Of a DNA stretch of 64,000 nucleotides, positions 11,798 through 23,249 are shown in pieces. This DNA is from Thalia democratica. Taxonomy: Eukaryota. Both the position numbers and the translations under genes were made by a program. Every line of letters begins with the position of its first letter. Position 1 is the first letter of the stretch. The stretch is from contig OZ241832.1 of NCBI GenBank assembly GCA_965202585.1, forward strand, positions 34,162,001 to 34,226,000. Reading direction: 5' to 3'. A model generated the notes under the pieces. It was not told the origin of the DNA and made no database searches. It saw only the letters and a list, made by a program, of their open reading frames with translations.

Positions 11798-13450
11798 ATG
11801 TTTAAAATGTCATTAACCGACAAGAGAACAAGCAATTTAATGTTACTAGCTCTATTTATAATGTCTTTTTTAACTGTAACATTTTTAACATTGTATTTAA
11901 CAAAGAAGTCAGCACCAGGTTATAATTTATAAATTTACAACTTTTACAAAACTAAAAACTATAAAAATAAATGTTTTTTTTTGTTTAATTTTTAGTAAAA
12001 GATAAATTTAAATTTTCTAAAGTAGGGTACACAACAACGTGTTTTTAAACTCATAGTTTAAACTATTATATAATTAGAAAAAGCTCAAGACTAATTTAAT
12101 ATTTCTAGTTCATTTAAAAGCTACTTATGAGTCTTTAAAATACATTTAAAAGTATTGATATAAAATTTAACAACTTTTAGTTAATGAAAATGACTTAAAT
12201 TGCATAGTATACAGTCAAATAATAATAAAGTAAAACTTTTAGATTTTAGTTTTATACTAAACTCTTTTGTATTAAACCAAACTGTTTTAATTGCATTAAC
12301 AACGAGCAACAATTTGCATTGAACGAGGTATCGATAACGTACTTTATAGCATTTAAAATTAAAAGCTATTGTTCTTAACGTGTCATAATAATTAACGTAT
12401 TTGATTAGTTTTTTTTTTGTTTATTTATTAGTTAATAGATGACTGTACTTGTATAGGTACGTAATTTAACAAAACAACTTTATCTAAAGTTTTTTACTAA
12501 CACGTAAGAATATGAATAGTGTTAAAGTTATACTTTCTATAATGCAAGCACATAATCAGTTTCTTAACCTAAAAAAAATTATACAGTTAAAGAAGAAAAG
12601 TACAAATTCAAAATTACTCCAAAATCAGGTAATTTTGATCAAGCCAGAGAACAATGCGCTCAAATGAATGGGGACCTTATTACTGCTAATTTGCTACCGA
12701 AAGGACAAAAGTATCACAAGTTAGTTTCTCAAAAACATGTTTTTTTTTTTGTTTTTACATAACCGTTTGACCAAAAGCTTAAGTACTGTTTATAAAAGTT
12801 TATTATCAATATGTTTTAAATAAATTTAAGACTAGCTTGAAATTTAAAACTTTATTAATCCTAAAAAATCTGAATCGTTCTAGTATGAACTGAAAAATTT
12901 CCAGCCTGCATGAATATTTTACAACTCATTTGTATTCATTTAGACTTTAGAGTACATCAAAAAATATTATTCATTAACTTGAATAATTTTTCAATTTAAC
13001 TTGAATAATTTTAAGTTAACCTAACCTTTCACTCAAAAATTTAGTACCGAAATTTGCTTTTTTACAGTCTTAGCAGGTGCTTTTCGCCTTTAGTATTGAA
13101 TTTAGCCTAATTCTTAACACAAAGTTCTGTTACGTCACAGATATATTCGCAGTTTGGTGAATACCCACGATGAGAATCTCTGGGTGGGACTGACAGACCG
13201 CGGGAGCGAAGGTATTTGGAGATTTATAACCGACCAGTCCTACTACAATCCTATAAATGAGGACGATACAAAGAAAGAAGGTTACTTGTGGAAGTTTGCA
13301 GAAGGCCAGCCGGATAATAAGAAACAAAATCAGCATTGTGCAGTAGTGCAATACGCCACCAACGACTTAGACGACCAGTTCTGCTGGTCACTATTATCAG
13401 AATATCACGGGTTATGTGAGATAAAGGAGGAGGAAAATAAGCATAATTGA
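11798..13450 (+). CDS. Type II transmembrane C-type lectin, copy 2 (~187 aa, 3 exons)
   Basis: Exons 11798-11918, 12587-12719, 13141-13450. Same exon-2 length (133 bp) and intron phases as copy 1, same pre-acceptor sequence gttacgtcacag, QPD motif retained. Confidence 0.9.
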
Positions 13451-14309
13451 GTGAAGGGCGTTTAATACAGAAAGTGTATGTTTTTATGCTATTTTATATT
13501 AAACCTTTTTACTTTTCTGTTGACGTTAATACATCATGTTTTTATTTATTCTGAATTGTCTCTTTTCAATAAAACTTACTAAATACCTTAAAGACGACTA
13601 ATTAAAGTAATAAAATACGTGTAGGTTATAATAAAAAATATAAAACAAGTTACTAGTTAGTATAAAAACAGTATAAAATAAAGTAGTTTTTGTAAAATTT
13701 TAAGTTATTATTTATCCAGTATTTTTGAAGCAAGTATAAAATATTAGTAACTGCTCAACTAGTTTTACCAATAATTTTGTTCTTATTTATACAAATTGAT
13801 TAACAACTACACTTAAAAAATTAAAACAAGTATATTCAATTAGCAAAATTAGCAAAAAACTATAACTAATGCTTAAAAGTAAAAACTATTAAGTAGTTAT
13901 ATAAAAATATGTGTTTAAGCATTTTTGCAGGCCTTCATGTTTTTAAAAAGTATAAAAAACTTTATATTTAAAAGTACTTTAATTTTATTGCTTTCCAATG
14001 CAACTGTACTTTTATATTTATAAAAAAAATATTAAGAAATGTTTTTTTTAAGTTTATTTTTTATAAGACTAGTTGAGCACCAAAAAAAAGTTTCAGTAAT
14101 TTAATTACTTTTTTTAACTTTTATAGAAAGAACTACATTTACCTAGTAAAAACTACAAGGGGTGGTAGCATTTTCTTATATCAAATTAAGTTTTCTTATG
14201 TTATAAAAAATTCTATTGATTAGTTATTTAAACATTTAAATGTAATTTTACAACTTTAAACATTTTTTTTCAAATAACAGTCAAATTTTCAAAAAATATC
14301 ACACTTGTT

Positions 14310-14822
14310 TTAGTAACAATTATTAAGCACAATACTGCGTTTCCCCCCTTTTTCATGCTTGAACACCGGAAAATGCTCGTGTCCCTCCAACTTCATTCTC
14401 CTTCTCAAAAACTTCATCAAACTCGCGGACGTTTCAAAGAACTCGTACTTCCGCTTCTGATGGTCGTACATTCCACCCGAGGCGTCCTCGCCCCGATGGA
14501 ACAACCCGCCGTCGCCTTCGCCCTCCCCTCCCACGCAATACCTCTTGCCGTGGTACAGGTGCAGCGAAATGTCGTTCCGCTTGAGCACCTTCATTCCCTC
14601 CATGTGCCTCATGTGCTCTTCGTCTGAATTTCCCGGGAAGCTGTACCAAGTTTGCGATTGGTTGGCGGTAGGGCCGTGCAACGCGCTGTAAAGCGAGCTT
14701 GAGTATTCCGGCCGCTTCTTCACGTTCGAAAGCTTGCTTATGAAGTAAGCAGGCTTTTTGGACTTTAGACTTCTCGAGTTTTTCTTTTCTGTTGAAATTT
14801 TGTTATACTTTTTGTTTGTCAT
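14310..14822 (-). CDS. Hypothetical 170-aa protein, basic N-terminus, no recognised domain
   Basis: ATG-to-stop ORF whose core shows strong GC3 codon bias against an AT-rich background. No family recognised. Confidence 0.7.
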   Translation of the reverse strand: MTNKKYNKISTEKKNSRSLKSKKPAYFISKLSNVKKRPEYSSSLYSALHGPTANQSQTWYSFPGNSDEEHMRHMEGMKVLKRNDISLHLYHGKRYCVGGEGEGDGGLFHRGEDASGGMYDHQKRKYEFFETSASLMKFLRRRMKLEGHEHFPVFKHEKGGKRSIVLNNCY

Positions 14823-16018
14823 GTTAAAGTTTTATTGAAACTTTTTTTTGTATGTTTTTGTTATTGGTTTTAAGGACAACAAGCTTACACAAAATTCATA
14901 TTATATGTTTTAGTTAACTTAAGAAATTAAGCTGTAGAAAAAGTTTTAAAACTATCCATAACAACGCCAACAAACCATTATAAAACTTTAAACAATTTGT
15001 TTTATTATGAAAACTTTTTAATTTTATTGTAAAATTTTTATTGCAAACGCTCTATCTAAGCTTACACTATCATCAAATTTCGACTATTTAAAAAAGAATA
15101 AGAAAATAACAAAAAGTTTATAAACTTTCAAAAACTTGTAGTAATGTTTAAAATTAGTATTAAAAAAAAGTATTTAAAAAGAAAAGTTAATGGTTCATTA
15201 ACAAACTAAATTAAACTTATAAAAGTTTCTTATTAAAATAAATAGATAATAAAATTACATAAGCTAATTTATAATAGTTAAAACATCACCTTGAAGATAA
15301 ACTAAAATACTTTGAATTTTTAAAGCAGCCTTTAAACATTTATTTTCGTTTTTTAATATAAAAACTGTTGTAACAAACTTTTTAATAAGTACGTGTCAAT
15401 ATTAAAGAATACGCGACAAAATTTTTCGTTAGTACGTAAATAAGAATAAAGTGGTTGTGAACCCTCACTACATTTAAAAACACAAGCTTTTCATTTAAAT
15501 AACTTTAAGGTAAAATTAAAGTTTACAATGTGTAGCAGTAGCGGCTTTAGGATTTTATTGTTTAGGCTAAAGTATGTTGTATTTCATACTACAAAAGTAG
15601 AATATTCATCGTGGTATAAAAATTCACAAACTTGAAAATATATTGTTATAAATTAGAGAATACTCAAGCAAATTTATCCGGACAGCGATTTTCTTTTTTT
15701 AGTTACAAAAACTGTCACAACACGAACAACAGTTTGAAATACAATGACAATAGTTTACAAGCACCATAAAAACTTAATTTTAAGTGAAATATAGTATTAA
15801 TTAAACGACTGCTTTCAACAATTTAGCGGTAGAATTAAAAAAAAAAATGTTTTTTTAGCTTTAGTTTGTAGAAGTACGGCGGTCAACGAATGTCTGTATA
15901 TAATATTTACAACTCATCTGTACAGAAGACTGCCAAATTTGGAACTTAATTAAAAAAAATTCAAATCTATTAGCTTAAGTGTATAGTAGCTAAACTAAAA
16001 CTTAAGTTGTTTAATGTA

Positions 16019-18056
16019 CTAACCTCTTATTCTGCAGAAAGTTTTCAGACGGGTCAACTCAATTCTTGAGTGCATTCCTTTTGTGACGTCATAACCCAAA
16101 GAAAGGGACTTCCCCCAATTAATAGTTGCCAGGATAATCATGTGACCAGAATTTTCCTCGACTGCCGTGAGCATCAGTTTAAACTTGCTGTCTCTTTCGA
16201 CACTTTGAAGGGTCCGACCGCTTTCAGTTGTTGACACAATCACATCGGGAAGGTCTTGAAACTGAAAAAATTAAAAATTCTTAAAGTAAATATAAGACAA
16301 ATTTGGTTGTTGAAGTTATTTTTTAATAACTCTGAAAACAGTGAATAAAATAAAAAATAATTTTACAGCCATACATGCCACAAAAAACCAACAAATAGTC
16401 TGTAATGAAAATTTAATTTAGTTGTTTAGTAGCTTATAAACTACCAATTATAAACTCACTTGAAGAGCTAAAAGCTTAAAACTTTTTAATTTGTTTAATA
16501 ATCATACAAAAAAGACTGTTGTTTACTATGAGCCTGCTAGTTGATAAAAAAGACTAACCAAAATATGAGTAATGGAGTATTTGTTAGTTGGTCCTTCTAT
16601 TGTTACAAACGAATCGTGCATATACCACGGATATGAGACACCGTCACTGTCATTACAATACTTGTTTCCTTCGTCAAGACTGCAGTGGTGTCCGTAATAC
16701 CTGAACAGATGTAGTTTGATAAATTTAGTTTCATAAAAAACATTGTTAGAGGAAAATTCTAAATAATTTGAACCTTAGAAAGTTGATACATTTTTTTTAA
16801 CTACTAACTAAAGTTTTGAAGATTTTTGAGCTTAAAGTTTATAGGTTCGAAAGTTTTAAAATATATGACTATTTTTTGAACTGATAAGCTCAACGCTTAA
16901 TGAATTTTTTTTAGATAAAGCATTCAGTTAAAGTTGAAAATAAAGTTTTTATCGAATAAAAGCAACTAATTAAGAAATAAAAACTTTTTTAAAGTACTTT
17001 CTAATTAGAAAAAAACTAAAAAGAAAATAAATAATTTGCAATTTCTTATTTCATAAGAAAAACACCGTGCATTTTTTTTTAATGTATTCAAAAAAGTTGT
17101 TTATTAATTTTAACATAGCTAAGAGATCTTAACTGATTTACAAACTTCAGCTGCCAAATAAACTTTTAACTTAAGTTGTAATCATATTTACAAACAAATC
17201 ATTACTCAAAGCTTAAATAGTTTATATTGGTAATTTTTAATAAGTTAAATGGAGTCTATATTGACTTTTTTTTTCTACTTTTTCCTAAAACTAAGTAATT
17301 AAGAAGATTTTTAAAACACTAACGTTAAGTTTTGTTCATAACTTAGTTTTCGGTCTTCTTTTTTCAACGCATGAATCCATCCCACCGTCCATATTTCACC
17401 GTCACAAATTGGCGGGAAAGCCACAGTCGCTTTGGCGTCGAAAATCGCAGGCATGCATCCGACTTGATCATACGTTTCCTGGACAACCAAAAAGTCGTCT
17501 TTGACGCTGTGCCTCACCCAAACACTGCTGTATATTTTTCCCTTGAGGGGAATTTTTTTACTATGTACCGCACTCAGAGGTTTCTCTTTGCTGAGCCATG
17601 GGCTACATAACGATAAATCAATCTGTTTTTCATTTTTAATAAGCTTGTTAACACGCGTTTTTGTCGTCTCAATTAGATGAGACATGTCCTCTACAGGTTG
17701 TGAAGACTCAAGGTGACATAGGCACTTTGAATCCAAAGTGGTGTTCAGAACATCATCCGCTGTCAATTCTCTTCGGGTGGGGAAAGCCTTCACAACATCG
17801 CAAGCGTTAGCAAACCTTTTTATTTTGTATTTCGGCATTCTTTTTTCTACATTTTTAGTAAGTACTGGATTTAAGCTTACTATACCGCCTAAGAATTCTA
17901 GTTCTTTTGATGTGTAATTAGGAAGCTTTAGTTTAATTCTTTTAGCTATGCTGTTTTTGTGTTTTGAGCGCTTGCTTTGAATTTTACATTCCGTTTCAAC
18001 TGTTTTAAAAATAAATAGTGAATGCAAAACAAATATTGTAAGCACACTTACAAAAG
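16019..18056 (-). CDS. FAM78: FAM78 family protein (spliced; 5' end lacks an ATG, 3' end may have one more exon)
   Basis: Exons 18056-17324, 16700-16559, 16261-16019 join in frame via GTTAGT donors. The product has FPPICDGEIWTVGWIHA and DSDGVSYPWY, matching recalled FAM78A MPPIPKKETWVVGWIQA and DSDGVNYPWY, plus MIILATINW matching MIILQTLHW. The ORF-track start at 18045 is GTG, not ATG. Confidence 0.8.
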
Positions 18057-18159
18057 CTAAAAATTTTATTTGTTTGTTTAAATATTTTAGTAATCTTATT
18101 TAACGTTCTATTGGTTAAATAGCAATTAAGTTTTGCGGTATTTGACGAGATCATTAAAT

Positions 18160-19037
18160 TTACAAACTTATTTTTGGTCGAACCACGTTGTGCTGTCGAA
18201 ACGGTGAGTTCTGATGGTGAAACGGTAAGTTCTGCTGTCGAAACGGTAAGTTCTGATGGTGAAAATATTCATTTTTGTTCTGATCCATGAAGTATGCTTT
18301 CACGTAGTCTGTTGTGATCATTGAGATCAAATTGCCTGTTTATTTAACATTTGTTGTTTAGTTTTCTTTTAAAGGTTGTATACAGCTAAAGAACAGAGAG
18401 AGGTTTTGGATACATTGATAAAATAACTGACAAAATAACATAACGACTTTCGGATACTGATCAATACATTCATAAATAGTATAAAAACGTCTTACTTACT
18501 CAAAGTTTCGCTGTCTAGTTCGCAGTCACAAGTGCTTTTCAGTATGTTTTCGATACTCGGGCGCACCTTTGGCTCAACACAAACCATTTGCTGTATAATT
18601 TGCGTGTAAGAATTGTTTTTACTTGTTAAAACACCTTCATCAGCCCACAAACAATACCGTTCGTCGCTTCTTTCAGCGAGCTCCCAAGGAAAATTCAAGT
18701 TTGTCATGTAATAAATACAGATTCCAGTCGCCCAAACATCGCCTGCTAGGCTCTTTTTGTTGCAATGTATTAGTTCAGGTGCCTTGAACTTCATATCTTT
18801 TCCAAGACCAACACTTGAACCTTCTGATGCGTAAGTAAGAATCAAATTTTCGTCTTGGTCAATTTTTAAATTATTCAGCCAAATGCTGCCATGAACTTGT
18901 TTGAAGCCGTTGTGTATAATGTTTAGTTTGTACAACAACTGTTTACACCATTTATTTCTGAGATGCTGACTTGAAAAAAATATTTTTTCTTTCAAACAAG
19001 TGTAAGAATTGTTTATTTTTGACGTTTTTGAATCCAT
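18160..19037 (-). CDS. Protein-kinase C-lobe pseudokinase (SBK/NKF1-like), 2 exons if standalone
   Basis: Exon 19037-18500 (donor GTAAGT) and exon 18335-18160 join in frame. APE and DVWATG...NFPW are present. The catalytic loop reads HGSIWLNN (no HRD Asp or Lys), DFG is replaced by TYA, and no Gly-rich loop or VAIK was found. Confidence 0.7.
18191..18264. repeat. 21-bp tandem repeat x3.5 with A-B-A-B alternation, inside a coding exon
   Basis: tgctgtcgaaacggtgagttc / tgatggtgaaacggtaagttc / tgctgtcgaaacggtaagttc / tgatggtgaaa. On the minus strand it encodes HHQNLPF-RQQNLPF-HHQNSPF-RQH. Confidence 0.85.
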
Positions 19038-22000
19038 CGAAATCTCTTTTTTGCAACTTTTAAAGTGTTTTTGTAGTAACTAGTATCATGGATGATCTAA
19101 AATTCCAGTTTTATTTTTGTAATCATTAAATCAAACTGAGTAATAGTTTTACAAAAGATATGTTTTTATAAAAAAAAATAATTTTGCTTGTTGTAGAAAT
19201 ACTTTATGGAATTTTAAGTTGTTTTGATTAAAGTTTATTAGTTTTGTCAATGTATTAGTTGATAATTAAATAGTCCAACTTTATGAAAAAAAAATTATCG
19301 ATGAGCCTACAGATTGATATTCCAAGCTCGTTTATATCTTGTAAATAACTGTTATAGAAATATTATATTAAATACATAGTTTTGATTTATTGGGAAATTT
19401 AAAACAGCTTTACTACTTGAAAAACTTTCAAAGTCTACTAAGGAGGACACATTTAAAGCTTTAAACATATTTAAAGCAGAAAGCATACTTACTTTAATAT
19501 TTTGTTTTAATAAAAGTTATATTTTGTGCACACTAATTTTAGCATAAGGCTGCTCGTAGGTATGAATAACTCAATTAATAGAAAGTTTTAATAGCAAAAA
19601 TATCTTATCATCGTTAAAACACCTTTAGGACTTTTAACAGTAACTATTTTGTTGGTACTAAAAACAATAATTTATTTTTTCAATTTTGCCTCAAAAAATT
19701 TTTTATTAAGATTTAATTTCTTTAAAAGTAAAAAAAAATTATAGCCCAAAAACTTAATAGCTCCCCTTTTTAGGCCCATTTACAAAGCAAACTATATTTT
19801 AAAAAAAGCGGTTGTAGGTCTAATTTAAACCTAAATATTTTTTTTCTGAAATCTTTTTAGTATTAAACACATTAAAAATAAATTTCAAAAAAAAAGTAAT
19901 TTATAAATTTATTTCAACAATTTTTAACTTATTTTTTCTATCATAATCTTATTAATTAGACCTACAACTCCTTGTTTTATCTTTTCATACATGTATCATT
20001 TTTTGAGTTGTGGCCCTTATTTTTTTCTATTACTTGAATTGTTATGTAACAAAGCTAAATTTTGATTTCTAAAAGTAAAGTTTTTAAATAGTTTAAGTTT
20101 AAACTCTACATTTTATAGTTTGAATACAAAATGTAAATTTTAGCTTTTTTTGTACATTTAGCAAAGGATAGAAAACATTAAGCTTTGAGTTTTAGTTAGC
20201 ATATCTTATCATTGTATAAAAAACTCTAAAGTTTTTAATGATAAAATTAAGAAGAAAAGTATCCATAATCAGTAAAACTACTGCAATAAAAACTAAATTA
20301 ATATATTTTAAATTTAAGAAAGATGTACAACGTAAATGAAATATATAATGATGTTTTTTTGATATTTTTAAGTTTATGACTTTTCTGTGATAAAAACTCT
20401 AAGTGAATAAATTAAAACTAGAACTGATAAAAACTCTATCTGATTAACTTAAAACTAAAAAATATTAAGTTTGTTTTTAAACTGATATATTCATACTAAT
20501 TGAATTTTGAGTCACCAATTATTAATAGGAGATTGCTTAAATTTTGTAAAAAGTTTTTAAACAGTCTCATAATGATTTTTTTTGGCTAAAACTACTTTTT
20601 TAAAATTCATTATAAACGAAATAACTAAGTTAAAAAAATGGTAAACTAATATTAAGTGGGCAAGCATTTAACTATATCACAACTTCTAAAATTTTGTAAA
20701 TATAACAAAAGTTTGTAAATGACATTTATTGTCTGTCTTTTAGTTCTACAAATGAAAATTAAGCACTATTTTTTACATGAACACAATTTGACAGTTATCT
20801 TCAATACTTTAAAAATGATAAATTGCTCTTAAACTTTATAGCTTTAAAAATCAAAAGTAATCATTTTAAACCAAGCATGAAAAAATCTGCAAAAATACAA
20901 CAAGAACTTAATTAATAACAAAAAGGTGTAACTAAATAAGTTAAGACTTTTATTCATTTACACTCGATCAATTTACAAATAGTTCAATATATAAAAGCTG
21001 GTTTAACTTACACCATTTTATTATATTTCAGGTTTTGTTGATTAAATTTTACGCTAGATTTAATATAATAGCATTTTGTTTCACTAAAGCTAAATAAGTT
21101 TGAAATCATTTATATAGAATTTTGATTACGCACAAAGAAAACTATTTAAAGTTTTTGTTTAAAATAAAAAAAATACTGTGTAATTTGTATAGATAAAATA
21201 AGTATTAATTTTTTTAAATTTAGCTAAATTCTCTATGATAGTAATTAAACTTTGATGTAACTGAAAACATTATTAAATTGTTAGGTTCATTTTTTGTTCC
21301 TCTTAATAAATCGTATATATCCATAGGGCAACGCAATAAATAATTTAAAATGGCACATACTAGTCAATTAGGTGTTAACCTACTTTTCTCTATTAAATAA
21401 AATTATTATTATTACAAAGATACTTATGATAAACAAAGCATTTACAAATATGTTACTACAAGTAATTTTTATTCAGAAATGAGAAAGTTTATACTATTTT
21501 TGGCATCATTGAACTAGTATTAAAATAAATTGCTACAACTGACATCAAGTACTTATTAAATTTAATATATTTTGCTGTAACTTTTTCAATATGTGTTTCG
21601 ATATAAAATATAATTTAGCTATGTTTAAACTTGTTTATTACAAAAACTTTGCGAAATACCCATGATAAATATGTTTTAAAAGAACACACTATGTGTAATA
21701 ATTATTTGAAATTAAACCAAAGGACTACTACATCTATAACTAAGATCTTTTAAAATATGGAATAAATTAATTTTTTACATAAAAAAAAGAATTTAAAAAC
21801 TAGTGTTAGATTCTAGATTTTTGAATACTAAGTTACTTGAAATAATACAAAGCTCTTTAACATATAATTATTTAAAAATCTGAAAGTTGTGATGCAAACA
21901 TACTACAAATGTTTTTTTGTCTACTAACTATGTAAGAATTAACAGTCTGAGCTAGGATTCTAGTAAATGAAAGGAAATATAACTTAAAAAAATTAGATAA

Positions 22001-23249
22001 AACACTACACAAGTACTTAGAACAAAAGTTAAATCTTAGAGTTTCAAAAGTAAAATACTAATTGTAGACCTTTATAAATATTCTAAACACTTACTTAAAC
22101 ATTTAAAAAAATCATTAGATATTTTTCCATAACTTTGTTGATAAATACAAAAAAAAGAAGCAAGTGCTTTAAAAACACTTTAGTTTTATTTACTGCAACA
22201 CTTTCAACTTTTTTATAAAATTCTATTTCAAATTTAATTAAGTAATTACTTTTAACAAAAGCAGACAATACATAAATGAAAAATGCAAAGTTTGGGACAA
22301 ACTAATGTTTGATCAGTTAACGCGCATTGTTTACAAAATGTAATGAGATACCCTGCATTAATATAATAACCATTGTTTTATTGTAATTTATATTACAGCT
22401 TGTTATTGTGAATTTTACAGCTGCTTTAACCTCTTAATTGTATTACCCTAATAAGATTAAAAAGATTAGCTTTTTAATTAACTTTTTTCACCGTGACTAA
22501 ATAATTGCTACTCTTAAGCTAAATGTTTTATATCTTTAGTAACTATAATATAAACTGTTTTGGTGTACTTTTTAGAGTAAATTAAATTTGAAAAAAATGC
22601 AGTTTTTTATATAAAGTCAATTTACATCAGTAATGTAAAATCAATTGGTTTTTACAAAGTTTTTAAGAAAAATAATTTAAAAATTTCTGAATGAACACAA
22701 CAAATCCATTACTTCATTTTTTATTAAATTGGAAGCGTTTTGGGGCTTAGAAGACACTTTAAAATAACAAATGATTTAAAATACTTTGACATATACTAAC
22801 TAACTCAACCTTTGTTCTTTATTTATTTATATATAAGTTTAAATAAAACAAGCACACTGATAGTTTTTTTATATAAAATACTAAACAGCCTAATATTATA
22901 TTATCGGTATGAAAACATACTAAGTTTTTAATTATCAACTAAAAATCTTAAGTTTTTATTTAAAGTACACTAGTATAATATTAAAAATTAATAATTAAAA
23001 TATTAATTTCATGTTGGTATTTTACAAAAAGATAATTTAATTAAAACCAAATTTAAATGTTGAAATCAAAAATATTTAATCAGCTACAATTTTGTACAGT
23101 AAGATGATCAACAAAAAGGTTTAATGAAATTTCAAATATGAAAAAAGTAAAACAATTTTTGAGGCAAGTAAAACAAAAAGGCCATGGGTTAACAAAAAAA
23201 AAACTTTTGAAACAAACTTAAATAGAAATTACCTAAATAAAAAAAACAC

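Noticed and set aside
8288-12567. In-frame TAA just upstream of lectin exon 2 in both copies, suggesting stop-codon reassignment or non-canonical introns
   Set aside because: Canonical AG acceptors (8308-8309 and 12585-12586) lie downstream of the TAA in the correct phase, and TAA terminates other genes normally.
9388-13351. Minus-strand ORFs 9388-9696 and 13130-13351
   Set aside because: Antisense to lectin exon 3.
14355-14649. ORFs 14355-14627(+) and 14434-14649(-)
   Set aside because: Shadows of the 170-aa ORF, whose frame has the consistent GC3 bias.
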